A stretch of DNA of 64,000 nucleotides from Stegostoma tigrinum (GCF_030684315.1 NC_081360.1:46199424-46263423); one strand, 5' to 3'; numbered from the stretch's first letter, positions 12,872-27,187 are shown. The notes: generated by a model from the letters alone, not told the origin. Translations and numbers: made by a program.

Positions 12872-12878
<7 letters not shown>

Positions 12879-14553
12879 TCCCGTTTGACGCAGATTTGTT
12901 TAAACTAACGTTTTTGATGAAATAGAACTTCGCGCAATAATCATTCATATATTTAAAATAGTCCTAGTAATACGTGTAAGAGAGTCATGATAAAAACGTA
13001 ATTTAGAGCAATTATAACCCCCCGCACGAAAATGTAATAAAAAAATTCCGTTGCTAATTTATTTAGAATCGATTTATTCTGTAAAATTATTTATATATAG
13101 CGATCAGATAGCTTGTTTGATATTTAAGATAGTGTACAAATTTATTTGTATTAAAATAAAGTATAATGCAAGTAACATTAAAATGCTTAAAATTGGCAAT
13201 ATGTAGCTCAAAAACTGCGGGTCCCCAACTGCCTTATTCTCTGCCTTCAACTGGTTAATTGTTGTTTCTTATCCGATTATACCTGATCCAGTTAGGATAT
13301 TGGGCCGTATGACTCTGAGCATTGTAACACAGAATTTCATTCAATTACATGGCTGAGGTTGTTTCGAATTCACAGCTGTTTGTACTATCTCAGTAAATTC
13401 TCGAACTCGCGGGTAAAACGCACATCGCTATTTTTTAGTTCTGCAAATAAACAGCGGCTTTTTAATTGTTTGTGTAACATTTGAAATATAATGTTTGCTT
13501 TCCCCCCCTCGTTGTTTCCTGTTCGTTCTGATGAATTTATCTTAATTGTTTCAGACTGATCATACTGTTGTACTCCCTGTGCAAATATGGAGATTCGAAA
13601 TTGTCAGTTCTTATGGTTGAAGTTTATAAGCAATGTGTCCACTGACACTACTAAAAAAATAAATGTGGTGTAGTCGCCGATAAAGGAAAATTTTGCAGAA
13701 AGTTGGAAGTTTGTTCGGTAACCCAAGATGTTGCTTTCTTCCGCAGCCTTTAAACCAGAGAAAAATAAAATGGAGCCAGAAGTCTACAGTTTGTTGAGTG
13801 ATTTGTAGTTTGAGAACTTTTATTGTCGGTTTTACGAGATTTGCTGATATACGCATACAGTAGACCACAGTGTAACACCAAACACTAACTTTTACAGCGT
13901 CGGCTTAGCCACACATGAGCCGGGCATGTGATCCCATTAGCCAATGGCCACTGGAAATACTTTTAACTTGGGGCATAGATAAACTAATATTCTAATCATC
14001 GACGATATCGTTAACTTTTATAACTATATATAAAGAATTACGCCATCTTCAGGCTTTTGCGACCATGTAACGGACCTGTTGTTGCATGGCAGGCTTAAAC
14101 ATTGTGGCTACAGAGATACTGAAACAAAAATAAAGTACATCAGATTTCAATGGAAAAGAGCAGCCTAGAAGCGGCCGCAAAAGAACTGGCAAGATAGTGA
14201 TCCAGTAATCTCAATTGATTGTTTCGAGATGACCGGATTGATTTTGCTTTCCAATATTTTTGTTCGTTCGGAATACTTGTCGGAAAATGAAACAAGTAGA
14301 CGATTAAATGTAATCAACATTTATTAATTTAATCACATTCGAGCATCTTAAAAAGTGACTATTGCTGCGGAATACCTTGTCATTTTTTGCTTGTGTTTAT
14401 AATATGCGTATCAGAGATAGGTAATGGTTGAGAATTTCCGGCCGCAATACACCATCAATTATTTCAAACGCACAGTAATTAAGACACATCGTAAGTGCAC
14501 ATTTTTTCTATCATTAAGTGTGTTCGCAATACATTCCAAATTATTCATTCTAT

Positions 14554-14574
14554 TAGGCAGTTCATGTTGTTGGG
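14554..14574 (-). promoter_or_regulatory. Near-perfect miR-196 complementary site in the HoxD8 3'UTR
   Basis: The mRNA reads CCCAACAACAUGAACUGCCUA. It is complementary to miR-196 (UAGGUAGUUUCAUGUUGUUGGG) apart from a G:U wobble at miRNA position 5 and one bulged U. It lies about 390 nt downstream of the stop codon. Confidence 0.85.
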
Positions 14575-14963
14575 TATAATCACAAAATGCTAAATAAAAT
14601 CAACAAACTAAATCAATCACGATACCATCTCATATTTTCGACTTATTAAGAAGCAATAAAACCTTTATTCAAAATGGCGATTTCTTCTGTGATTTTGCCA
14701 CTTGCCACTTATAATAAGGGAAGCCGCAAATTTCTATTTGATGGCTGATCTGTCAAGGTGTGATTGAAAAGGTTAAAATGATGCACAGCGAATTTATGAG
14801 AAATAATGTTGAATTAAGGCTCTAAAGAACTTCAAAAAACAGGTGGACAGTTTACATTAACCTAGCCATCAATGTTCCGGAGATTCATTCTGTTCAACAC
14901 TGTTTAACAGTGCAGTTTGGACAAACTGAATGACGTTTTGCTTAGAGGCCAAAGGGGGTAAAG

Positions 14964-15913
14964 TTACTTGATCTCTTTTTCTGTTGTCTCTTGCTCGGGC
15001 TCTTCCTGTTCTTTTTTGACCTCTTCCTCCTCGTCGTCGTTCCGAGAACTTGGAAATTTGTCCTTGTTGTTTTCCTTCTTCCACTTCATTCTCCTGTTTT
15101 GAAACCAAATCTTCACCTGTCTCTCTGTCAGTCCCAGAGCATGTGAAACCTCGATCCTTCGCTTTCGAGTCAGATACGGATTGAACAGAAATTCCTTTTC
15201 CAGCTCCAGTGTTTGGAATCGGCTGTAAGTTTGCCTTCCTCTGCGTCTGCCGGGCGCTGCTAAACAACACGAGAATCACAGGAGACAGTAAATATTGGGA
15301 AAATGCACACAAGCAAATCACCACAGACGAGCAACAAGAACAACAAGGCTTGCTTTGAACGGTAATGTCATACAAAGAAAGTGTTGCTATAAAAGCAGAC
15401 TGACTATTACACACCGCGTTAAAACACGTTGGCGATATAACTGTGCAGTAAAACGTGAGATGGAAGCTAATTCTAATATATCCAACCTTGAGGTCTCATC
15501 CAGGGAAACATTTGAGTAGGAGACGAGTTCTGATTTAAGTGTTCTGGTTCTTCGCCAATATTACTGCTAGACGATTTACAGTCAGGATATTGTACCAGAT
15601 CGGCCTCTTGCTGTGTCGTAAAAATTTGCTGTCTTTGTAAGTTATCGTATCCGTAAAATTTAGAGGGGTCACCATGACACGTAATTCCACAAGGATTCTG
15701 TTGAAAGCCAGCATTAGGAAGTGCAGATGTCCCATGATGGTAAAAATCTTGAACTTGAGCTGGGTGCTGGAAGCTTGCGCCGCTGCTGGGACCATAGACG
15801 ACAGCGTGTCTGCTCGTCACGTCTTGTGGAAACCGGCAGTCGTAGTAAGTGGGACTCAGAGCTTCTCCTGGTTTATACTTAGAGTAGAATGGATTAACAA
15901 AATATGAACTCAT
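14964..15913 (-). CDS. hoxd8: Homeobox protein HoxD8 (exon 1 15913-15487, exon 2 15259-14964; 240 aa)
   Basis: [14 protein letters not shown] and PG8 hexapeptide QMFPWMRPQ. Donor CAAG|GTTGG, acceptor TTTAG|CAG. Homeodomain [66 protein letters not shown], followed by an acidic tail. Stop TAA at 14966-14964. Confidence 0.96.
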
Positions 15914-18413
15914 CTGTGCAGACTGTAGAATGGACAGTGGATATCAACAAAATAAATGTTAAACACTACTATGATGTTATTGGGTTACCCGATCTACACA
16001 GTGCTCATGATGACAATGCAGGTCCAGTATGCACTGATGCCCCGTGGAACATACTCGCTAATACTGTAGGTACACAACTGCCTCACTGCTTTGGCTGCTT
16101 CACTTTGAAACCGCAGATCAGTTCTAAGCCAGCTGGGAAGATCGTTGACTCCCGTTTACAGTTGCCGCTTTCGCGGGCAATACGTCGTGCTGGGAAATGA
16201 TATTTTTTTCAAAAAAAAATGTACAGGGCATTGAGATCGGAAAAAAAAGATAACATGCGGATTAATATACTGAGCACACTCTCATTACAATTAGGCGGGC
16301 CGCATCACAGAAAACATGAAATACGTGCGCCACTCAACTGAAGAGAAATGAAGCTGGCCTGGTTACAGCACAGCAATTAGATTTTAGAGCACAACAAGGT
16401 GAGACTGGTCTCAAGGTCAAGATATAGTCAAAAATGAGGGGGTGTTTTGGGAGGAGGTGTTGGTGTTCAGGGTGGGGGTGGGGCTGAGCGGGGGTTTCGC
16501 TGGTGAAGCCAAAGGGTAAAAAGGCTAAAGTTAGAATTAAGATCAGGGATTATTTTTATTGGATGTTTCTGTAAATTTTGTTCAATCTGCCTCTATCTCT
16601 CAGTTTGTCACTCTCCGGCTTGTGCTTTTAGATGCATATTTGTAACTACAGATGCATTTATACTTACAGATTATATATATATATACTTGCAAATATATAT
16701 TCATACCTTTATACTTGTATTTACAAATATATATTTGCCTCAACAGATATTTTGTTTCATTAATAGATATACATTTATGCCAATAGATATCTTTTTTACT
16801 TGATAAAGCAGATATGTCTGCAATTTCAGTATAAACGGTTATCACTCAACTATAATTATTCTTGTTATTGGAGATACTAGGGAGCAGCTGAACAAAACAT
16901 TCCTTGCTATTTAAAATGTTAGCAACATTCATACAGATTATAAAACCTCGCTTCTCCTAAGAACGCGGAGGAAATAGTTGCCCTTGCCTCAGAGATATGG
17001 GTTCACTTAACCAAAACTCCGAGGTTAATTACTGGCAAATGAAAATCATGCCTGTGAATACAATTTCCATCATTTCAGCCCTGGCATGCGTCACTGTTGA
17101 GGAAAAGCTTCTTGGCTCTTCAGGCAAACACACAGTTTGAAGTGTGAGGTTCATAGTTGATCAAGAACTTAAGCATTGGGAGGAAGAGCAAGCCTGAGAT
17201 TCTACGCGTGCTTTCCCGAGCTGGTTAACTTCAGTTGTTGAAAGCTCATGAATAAAGAGAATCCTATTTTCCCCCTTTAAGCGACTGTGTTTAAAGTTTA
17301 AGCGAAAAGAGTCCTTGATCTGTTAAACTTGTGTTCACCAGTGAACTTTGTTCCTCACGCTTGGGTGGCTGTCTCAACTCGCTAGAATGCTTCAGGGAAA
17401 TAACACCAGCAATATCGTCATTGGCTGCTGCGCAGAAGAATTCTCCTTGTACTGCCATGAATTCAGAATGTGTTCATTCAAAATGAGCCCAAATGTGCAG
17501 TAACTGTATTCCTTTCCAGCACCTCTTAAGTTATTTGCTGAAAACAGAAAGCCAACTAAGAAGTCATAATTTGTACGATTATAATTTGATGACGCTGAAC
17601 TTATCCATGAATTAGAACTAAAAGCTTCAGTTTTCCCTGTTGTGACTCCATGGTCATTGCAGATTCTGATCGTGTTCCACACCAAATTCTCCGGCAAACC
17701 CGCACTTTTCAATAAATTGAATATTGGCATCAATCGGTAACCTGATAAATACGATGTATATTAATTTTGCTACGTACGTATTTACACATGGAAATTTATT
17801 CTTCGGTCAAATCATTCCTGCCGAAATGATTACTTAATTTAAACAAGTTTACAAGAAAGGATAAATGATGTGAGGAGAATCTCTCGCCACGCTGTGCTTC
17901 TTTGGTAGAAAACATTCAAAATGATTTACATATTAAAGAAAAAGATTCTGAACCATAAATTGGAATCGTCTACATATACAATTTCAGTGTTTGCGTGTGT
18001 GTTTTAAACTTAGTTTTACATCGTTTTTGCTTTGCTATCTGAAACGATTACGAAGACCCGTCTAATGGGAGAACAAATGCGTCAGAAATCCGAAAGATGA
18101 GTTCGCCAAATCGGGTTAAATAAATAATTCCACAGTGATTAACGACAAATAAATACATGCATCATGATTCGTATTAATGCAATGGAGATTTTAGTACATG
18201 CTAATATAAAATAGTTGAGTATGCATGTTCAGTAGAAAAATGTGGCAAGCTTTTTTATGGAAATCCTGGGAATATTTTCTTGTTGAGACGATACATCAAA
18301 AATCATTGCATAGACACAAACTAAAGCTTAAATCAGGCCCTCTTCATTTTGTTCTCTACGCAATATTTTAAAAACTATAGTCATTTTTTTTCCAGGATAT
18401 GTATGGGAGATGT

Positions 18414-18510
18414 TATATCAACGTGTGCGGTGCAAATCATTTTATTTTAGCTTGAAATCAGTAACTATATCAACATGTGCTGTGCAAGTCATTTTATATT
18501 GAAATCTGTA
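18414..18510. repeat. Two-copy imperfect tandem duplication (~52-bp period)
   Basis: TATATCAACGTGTGCGGTGCAAATCATTTTATTTTAGCTTGAAATCAGTA is followed by TATATCAACATGTGCTGTGCAAGTCATTTTATATTGAAATCTGTA. Confidence 0.8.
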
Positions 18511-19368
18511 TTTCAAACGCTTAAGATTACTCATTAATTATTGAAACTGATTCGAACATAATCTTAAAATAAGTGTTTTAAGCATAAACTTGTAAAATTG
18601 GAGGCCGTGGAATTTTTTTAAACGTAGGCACAATCCTTTTTTCGTTGCTGTTTTGAAACTGGGTGGACGAGAAAATAAATCGATACTTACGCCGTTAAAG
18701 TCGAGAATTATACAGTTTCCGAAAATTAGTTCGAAATGCATTCCGTTTGAATTGACTTTGCTGTACTCGATTGTACAATTTCACTCTCCGTTACCGAATA
18801 GTGAATTTTATTAAACAATGAGGGGGAAAACACTGTGAAATCTTTCTTCCGGAAATCCACTCCGAACGATAGATGACTATGACAGTCTTCGACAGTAGCA
18901 TACAACGTCAACCGTTGCCCAAAGATCATATTTTACAGTTTCGAGGAATGGACATCATTGCAACAAAGGAGAATGCAGATGCAAATATGGTGTGTTCTTG
19001 TGAAATTTACAGTTGCAAATGACGTAGATTGCAATAGAAAATCATTCACATTCTTCACGCAAGTCGTTTAAATTCGAAAGTTTCCACTTTGTCGTTATTT
19101 TGAGATAAATTTCAAAAATGTTATATGGAATCCTTAATTTTGAAGTGATTACGTGCTTACTTACTCCCGTTTGATTTTGAACGTTAGTATTTACGATTAT
19201 TGTGTTAAGCTTGTAGTTTGAAACTAGTCCAAAATGTCAGGCTACAGATAGTACTGTTATTCACGTTTTCAAAATGTGATCTGACAGTGAAAACTTATTA
19301 CTTTCCTTTTAACCGATTTCCGGTGAATCTACACTCATGTAGTTTTCTACTTTTTTGTAGTGGAGCGA

Positions 19369-19387
19369 CAGCACCGCCTTGTGGACA
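19369..19387 (-). promoter_or_regulatory. Candidate CTCF site (HoxD8|HoxD9 interval)
   Basis: Minus strand TGTCCACAAGGCGGTGCTG resembles CCASYAGRKGGCRS. Confidence 0.5.
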
Positions 19388-20328
19388 GACTCATGAAGTA
19401 CACCTAGAAAGGCATTGCGGCTCCTTTGATTTTTCACGGAATCATTGAAGAACTGGTTGACTTGCTTGTTAAGAAACGGAACCAAAACGAGCTCCAGTGA
19501 GATCTTAATAATGCTATACGTTGCTTCACATACAAATATTCAGAACTGTCAGCTAGATTTGCTTTAGGTATAGTGCATTTTAAAAAATCCTAAAGTCCAG
19601 TGCTGTCCCGCCGAGTCTACGTATGTTTAAAAGTTAGTTGATAGCGTACTATGAAATAATATTAAATATTTGGTAAGATTCAAATCTGTTTCGTAGACTG
19701 AGAAATGTCATTTGGATATGTAGTACATGCTGCTAATAATTTTGCTTGAATTTGTGAATAAAATTACATGCACATGTGAGCGGGGTCAGAAGCAATAACT
19801 TGGGCTTACAAAACTAAATACATTCTGAAGCAGGCGCGGTGCTCACTTTAGCTTCCACTGTCATTTAACAACCGGACATACATAAAAGCATATAAATCAT
19901 TTTCATCTTGCAAAGAACATATTTGGAACATGTAGACCTGTTTTATCGCTTTCCTTTTCAGTTAAGGACCTAAGCCGATAACTTTCCTCGTTGTTGTTAT
20001 TGCTATTGAACTAGGCATGCGGATTAATCGTTATGTAAACTTGCCTTATAGCGAAGTCTACTTCACTGCACTTCCCACATGCACGTTTGGGAATAGTTAA
20101 TTTTATCCAGACTCAAGTAACAAAGACGCATTAATTGTCTTCGCTCCTTTAATCAGAGTCTGCGTTTTTGTTTGTTATCAACAGACAAAAACATCTGAAT
20201 TGGCTGATTTCAAAGAAGTCCGTAAGTATATGAAGAAAACTATAAAGCCATTAGGTCAGACGTCTAGCCAGTTGTGGGGTTTATTGTACCCCGTTCCTTC
20301 CGGTTCTAAAGTACTGTATGTAGAATTG

Positions 20329-20346
20329 TGGCAATAGATGGCGTTG
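20329..20346 (+). promoter_or_regulatory. Candidate CTCF site (HoxD8|HoxD9 interval, opposite orientation)
   Basis: TGGCAATAGATGGCGTTG resembles CCACTAGATGGCGC. Confidence 0.45.
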
Positions 20347-22168
20347 TAATTCAACACCTTCCGAGCGCTAAAGTTTTCAGAAGATTCACCAAAAAGAATG
20401 AAGTTCTAGTTTTAGAAGGACACGTGGTTGTTTTCAGTGCATTAATGAGATAGTAGCCTACAATAAAGAACTCCTTGGCCACTCAGGTGTCTAGATACCG
20501 AAAATCCGCACCACGGTTTTGCCACCAATGTGTATTTCGTTGTTTAGTTTTTATATCATTAACCAAAGCACCCAGTGTGTTTGCAACTACGAATCATTCT
20601 AACGTGCTATGTGTCGAATACCAGCGATACTAATATAAATAACTTCTTGTTCCTACAACAGAAGATAAACTATAAACGCCTTTCTACACAAGCAACCGCA
20701 AGTAACTTCCTTCGAGCAAATAAACTCGCATACTCAGGAAATAATCAAATTCTATTGATTAAAAGCGCCTTTGTTTTTCAAAATATTTTGAGCTGCATTT
20801 GCTACAGGAGTACATGTGTCAGTATGCGTTTGAGAATGTAGTTGCTAGTTACTACAATTCAGGATTCCGAATTGTTTTTACAACTTAACCAACTAGTGGT
20901 GTTCTTTCATCCCGAGGTCAATAGTATATTGCCGATCAGCTAATTTAAGCAAAATCCCGTTTGAGTCGTTATAATCTCAGCATCCTTTTAGCAACACTGA
21001 TTTTCGGACAGGCCTGGGGGGCAATATAATGCCTTCTGACGGAATATACCGCTTTGCCGTCTGCTTTTAAACGATCAAGAAATTACAGTCAAATAGTGTT
21101 ATCGAATCATAAATAACCTTTGAAACAGTTTGCAAAATTGAGATGTTTATAATTTTTTATTGTTATCGTGAGATACAAACCAGTGGACATGGTTAGAACT
21201 TTCTGCTTAGTCTTTTGATACTTGCAGTACAGCATCAGATCTATTGTCACATCTATTGTATCGAGTGAATACTGCAAAGGATCAGGGAGTAAGCGAAAAG
21301 CTACTGTCTTATTATATTTGTACATCTTTATTACATTAATTCCATTGTATTTTGTCCAAGAAAGAACATCTTTATTGAAGTTGACGCAATAAACACAAAA
21401 TTAAAGCAGATCATGTTCACTTGTTACTAAAATAAGCTTGCTTCAGATTGTCCCAAACGCACAGAAAGATGTCCATGCTTTTTGAAAAAAAAGTAGCAAC
21501 GTTTAAATAGCTTTTAATTGATTTGTGTTCCTTAGTCAACGTGCCTATAGTTTAATGACACTTTAAGGTTATTCGAAAAATGTGCCTCCCATAACGACCA
21601 TGATGGGTCTGCTAATTTCACTTGAAATATTTTAAATAAATAGTACGTCGGCTCGACTCTTTATCAACACAGTGATAATGTCATTGCACTTGAAAATAAC
21701 CGAATGATGTTCAGCCAGTGACACTTGTATTACATTTCACCGAATAATCGAATTAAAAAATGGAATAGAAAGGCAAAGGATTTGCATTTCTTTATACTTA
21801 TACCGAAATGGTACACTAACTGTACAGCGAAAATACAGCATTTTACAAGTAGCACAACCAACGGAAATCTTCAACTTTCCATGTTTTATTTTTATTTGAA
21901 ACAAGTATGTTATAATAATGTCAAAGTTTTGAAATAATACAGGCAACGTGCTGACTTCAGTTTAAGTTCCGTTTTAATGTATCCCAATAGCAGCAAGTCA
22001 GGAACAGTCTCTGGGTGAACGTCATTTGTTTAAACACGAGGTTGCTCTGGAGCAGTACAACACTGAGAAACATAAACCGTGCTTCGATTAGGCACCACTA
22101 GATAGACAAAACGCTTTATACACCGTCTGTAAGGTTTTCTGACCTATGGTTAAGAAACAACTGTTCGT

Positions 22169-23516
22169 TCAAGGTTCTTCATTATTTTTCACCTTGTTCA
22201 TCTTTTTCATTTTCATCCTTCTGTTTTGAAACCAAATCTTTACTTGCCGCTCAGTAAGATTTAAAATTCTAGCAACTTCATAACGCCTGTCTCTGGTGAG
22301 ATACATATTAAATAAAAACTCTTTTTCTAATTCAAGCGTCTGGTATTTGGTGTAAGGGCAACGCTTCTTCCTGGTAGAGCGCGCGTGGATCCAATTTATT
22401 GCGGGATGGTCTGAAAGGAATGGGAGGGGGGAGAAAGCAAGAATTAAAGCATGAACATCTCTTGAAATTTTACATGGAATTTCAGACACTTTAAAGAATG
22501 TCCGCATTCGCAATAATGTTGATCAAAGCTGCAGTTCTCTTCCCCACTGCGTACTTGACAAGTTCAGTGAGATTTAATATACTGAGAAATGGAAACATTG
22601 ATTTCAACCTATTTCGAGTCGTGTTGAAATGGGTTGTTATGAAACAGAAAATAAATTTCCATGGCAAGAATGGCAAAATACAGTTACAAAAGTTTAATTT
22701 GGGGGAAAAATCTACTTTTGACTTTCAAATTGCTCTGTAAAGTGCAACGAGGAGGAATACGCAGTAGTTTAAAAACCATGTCAGACTCAAATTTGTGTGT
22801 AAAAATTCCCTGTAAACAATATGAACTCTTTACTGTGGCTGTGGCTTTTCAGACTTGGGTAGGCGTCTAGACATTTTTATAGGTTTGTAAAACCATCAGC
22901 TTTGCATACTCGCTTCTACAGGTTCGGGTTGTAAATCAAGCTGCAATTTTTTGCACTTACTTGGGTCAAGTTGCTGTTGTTTCTCCTCCTTATGCTCACT
23001 GTTGCTCGTGGTCTCGGAGCTGGTGCAACCAAGCTCCTTGGGAAGCTTCTCCCTGCACTCTGGGTAAGAGCCGCAAGTGAAGTCGGGCAGACTGAGAGTT
23101 TGCAGCTCATAGGAAGAGCACTCAGTCCTCTTGGTTGATAAAGTTTCTGGCTTGATCCCGTAATGCCGGCCATTAGGATGGAATCCGGGGAAAGAGACTG
23201 AACTGGAAATCGGTTCTAACCACGAGCGCACGTATCTGCTGTCTCCAGCCGCAAGATGCGATTGATGCATGTAAGGATGATAGATTCCTGCAACGGCGGC
23301 AGAGGATTGAGGGTGAACGGGAGACCAGGGATTTGAAAACGCGGTTGACTTGGGGGTAAAACTGCAGGAAGAGAAATCTGAAGTGTCTGCAACACCTGAT
23401 GGCCTTGAAGCTGTGCCGTGTGATCCTTGGGAATACCTAGCCGCATATAAGTCCTCTGTCTCTTGACCTATGAAAGAATCAACATAATAATTGTGTATAG
23501 TGCCACCGGTCGACAT
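22169..23516 (-). CDS. hoxd9: Homeobox protein HoxD9 (exon 1 23516-22961, exon 2 22410-22169; 265 aa)
   Basis: PG9 N-terminus [14 protein letters not shown], plus RYVRSWLEP and HYGIKPE. Donor CCAA|GTAAGT, acceptor CCTTTCAG|AC. Continues [65 protein letters not shown]. Confidence 0.96.
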
Positions 23517-23614
23517 TTTAGGCTCTCTCGCTTTCATAGAAAAGGTTACACTGGAAAGTGTATCTGATACCTTCACACAGAACAATCATAGTATTTTGCC
23601 GACTACAGTTGCAG

Positions 23615-23672
23615 CTATTGGTTGCGGGACTCACGTGATTATATTTACCAATACAGCGAGTAAATCAATCCG
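23615..23672 (-). promoter_or_regulatory. HoxD9 proximal promoter module (CCAAT, E-box, PBX-HOX site)
   Basis: ATTGG, TCACGTGA at 23631-23638, and minus-strand GATTGATTTAC at 23670-23660. Confidence 0.6.
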
Positions 23673-26600
23673 CTCATCGGCCTGACCGCAACGGGGGCCA
23701 AGCCCAGCTTTATACCAAATTGAAAACCATGCATTATGAATGGACTAAACAAAATCACTTGATCAGAATTGTTGGAAAAATTCTGCTGGTTCCAAAGGAG
23801 CAACCTCTGCAAGCGCAGTTAAACCAGCCCTGGAGAAACGTGGGGACTACTTTCCCCGTCAGTTAATTAATGTCTGTCACTCATTTCATAATCAGCAGTG
23901 CGTAGTCCATGATCTATGTCAAGAGCAGATATCTGTTAGCTTAATGCAATAAAGCGGCAAGAAAACACCTTCGAGGTACGTTGGTGCTTCTATACTGTAC
24001 ATCCCAGATTTGGAAAAAAAGGCCTTTACAGGCCACTGATTGGTTTATCCCATTAAAGGAGTAAACGATATGTTGTAAAACGAAGGATTTGAGCTGCTCG
24101 TTTTAAAATCTGGTGTATCGCAACGTGCTGAGTCTATTTTCCACATTTCGAATTTTCTTCAGCTAATATTTTACTTTGCTTTAAACATCATTGCATTTGA
24201 AGTAAACGGTTCTTCGCCCCTTTATAGTCTGTACTCAGAAGCCACCATAAATGCTTTTATGTCTATCAATAAAAATTTTATGAGGTGCATTTGATTATAC
24301 ATTAATGCGTCTTTAATAAAACAGGCCTCTTTTTGGCATAGTGAAGCACGCTTCACCAAAACTGGACGGCAAAATATTCCCACAAATGTGCGAGTATTCT
24401 TGTCTTTAAATATGTTTGTTGTACACGGTCTGTTTATAGTCGACCACTGTACCAGGGTATTCAAAAGAGGTGAATGTACCCGCTGTTGGGGATTTAAATG
24501 CATCCCAGCTCCAGTGCAGTCTTTCAAGTCTGTCGCTGGCCGATGCAGCAGAGAACTGCAGCGAGTTTGAGAGAAAGGGTCGAGAAGTTTGAACTGTTTC
24601 CGAATTTTAGAATATGATGTCCATTAACGAGCTGCAGAGAAACGGCAGACTTCTTCAGATAACACATTCATTGACGGTCTACCATGATACAAATCAGGCA
24701 AACTTCCTTTGTGAGAAAGGGAATAAGTTTAGTTAATGTTTTTTTTTATCGAGACTCATTTAGATTAATCCCTCTCTTCTTGATCATATTGAACTTTATT
24801 TTTCCAAATGGTCAGTAACTGCGCAGTAATATTGGCATTCACCATGACGAGCTTGTAGTAATTAATTGTGACCAGCTCACGGACGATTCACAAAATCCAT
24901 CCGATTAAAATAAACTTTATTTTTTATCGCCTCCGTTTACTTTCTTGTTCATAGGCAAATACGTTATTATTCGTCTTTTCTTCAAGATGAACGAGAAGAA
25001 AACGCTCAACCGATCACGGTGAATTGTCAAAATAGGAAGATTAGAAAAACTGAAAGGTAACACACATTATGAACAGTTCAACTCAACCTCTCTCTGATAT
25101 GAACTGTAGTATATTACCTTAATGCACTCAAATCACTTTCTTTAAGCAATTTGTAAGCTTTGAAGGCCTAATTTTCAATTTTACTTTGGCAAGTCAGATT
25201 TATCTCGATTTAAGGTTATACAAGTAACAACCTCGCTGACTTTAGTTAACACTTCCATACTGATTTTTTTTCGCAAGTTGTCAGTTTTCGTGAAGTTGAA
25301 GCGATAGGAGGACGTTGATGGTAATTGTTCTATTTCATTAACAAATATAGCGGTTAGTTTCTTTCATGCTGGAAATTACGAATAACGCAAGAAATCTAGG
25401 CTGCAGTTAGGTACGTGACTGTCAGGTCTACACAACAGCATGGTTTAAATTTTTACAGTTAAGATTATTTCAGTAAAGCGAAAACAAACTCAAATTTCTA
25501 CATCTTTATTGTTTATAAAGTTGACGGTTGTGGAAGCAATGTCGTCAGAAAGCATCTCTTTTTGTTGATTGCCATTTTACAGTAAGTCACGTAAAACTTT
25601 GTCTTTTACAGAGTTAACGTGGTTAAGATTGATTATCAACTATCTCTCCACCTTCACAAATTAACTCGCATTGAAAGAACGCATTACAACTTAAATACCC
25701 GCTGAACAGTGCGCCAGTGGTAAAGGATTACTTTTCTTGTAAGTTTCCTGTCATGTGATACAGAAGACAAAACCAAAATGCCCTGTTTAAATAATAGGTG
25801 CATTTGCCCGGATCGGGATGCTACTAAACTCCAAATGGGAATTACTTTTCTATTTATAACTGTTATCAATGAAAAGTAAGTACTTTAATCATTTATAGCT
25901 TCATAGCATTCGTGTTAATTCACTTTGTAAGCAAAAAAACAGTTGTTAAAAACGAATTGTGTAAATTGTTCTCTGCTGTAAACTAATCAGAGAGACAAAA
26001 ATAGTATTTGTTGGACTGAAGTTAAAAACAATTATTATGCTAAACGATTCCTGCAATATTTCGGTTCTTGATTGTGTAAGAGCTACGCTTTATTTCAAAC
26101 TTGGACTTGATTGAGCTATTAGATGTGCTTAATTTGGTTTCATTCATACATCTGTTTTTACAATGCCCTTGTACAAAATGTAATTTTAAAAGCTTCACGA
26201 TTTTCCTAAGGCAGGCACACAGAATGTGTGTTTACTTAAACGACTTTATAATCTTTATGACACGAATGTTTATGATATTATCGAAGGATTTTTACACTGT
26301 TGAGATAACAGTAAGTACGGCGTACTTGTTGCTATAACATTCGTCTTTTTGTCTTCTTCTTAAAAGCTAGCTCCGTACAATTATTAACAAAGAGTAGGAA
26401 CTCGGTTGGCTTTGAAAGTAGTGTATCCGTATATTCAGATTTAACTTGACTCCTGACGCTCTTCATTAATTAGTTTAAGCCTTCTCCATTACAAAACAAT
26501 AATGTACCGAATTGAACCATTGACTGGCCGCCTCATTCAGCTCACTCTCCGCTCCTAACGCTTTGATTTGTTTCTTGCCTATGCAAATTAGATTAAGGGA

Positions 26601-27187
26601 TGGCTTTTAAGAAATCTCATGGAACTATGCGAAACTCGTTACACTGTGCGCTAAAAGATACCGAAGATCTAACCATGTTACTGAAGTTATTTTGTTTTAT
26701 TGCCGCGGGTGGCAGTCACAAGATAAGCTGCGCATCCTAAAAGAGCAGAGCATTGAATTCATGATGTTTGATCCCCACTGCAACCAAATATTCTTAGCAT
26801 TTTGTACCGGATAAAATAACATTCGAGCCTGAAAATGATCGTTTGTATTGAGCACGTGGGAATCACTAATGCAAGGTGTCTATTTATTAACAACAAGGTC
26901 GCAGTCATAAAAAAAGTAGTTTGGATCTGCTGGTTAAAGTAAAACTCAAATAAACAATGAAGCAGAACTGTGAAAGTTTTGTTTTCGTTAATAAAGCAGG
27001 TTACTATTTCCCCTAAATAGTTCCTCAGAAAATCTTAACATTGAATGTTATTGATCAAAATTACTAAGTTAAACCTCACTTGCTTATGCCGCATCAGTAG
27101 ATTTAGCTACAAACGGAAAAACGAAATGTATGGCGTATTATTGACAAACAAATCAATGCCAAAATAAAAAGCATGAATAAATATGTA

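Noticed and set aside
14554-14574. Plus-strand miR-196-like gene
   Set aside because: There is no complementary arm to form a precursor hairpin. It is better explained as a target site in the HoxD8 3'UTR.
14869-15414. 181-aa alternative-frame ORF over the HoxD8 intron and exon 2
   Set aside because: It starts at a non-ATG codon in the intron and has no recognisable domain. It is a shadow frame of the homeobox exon.
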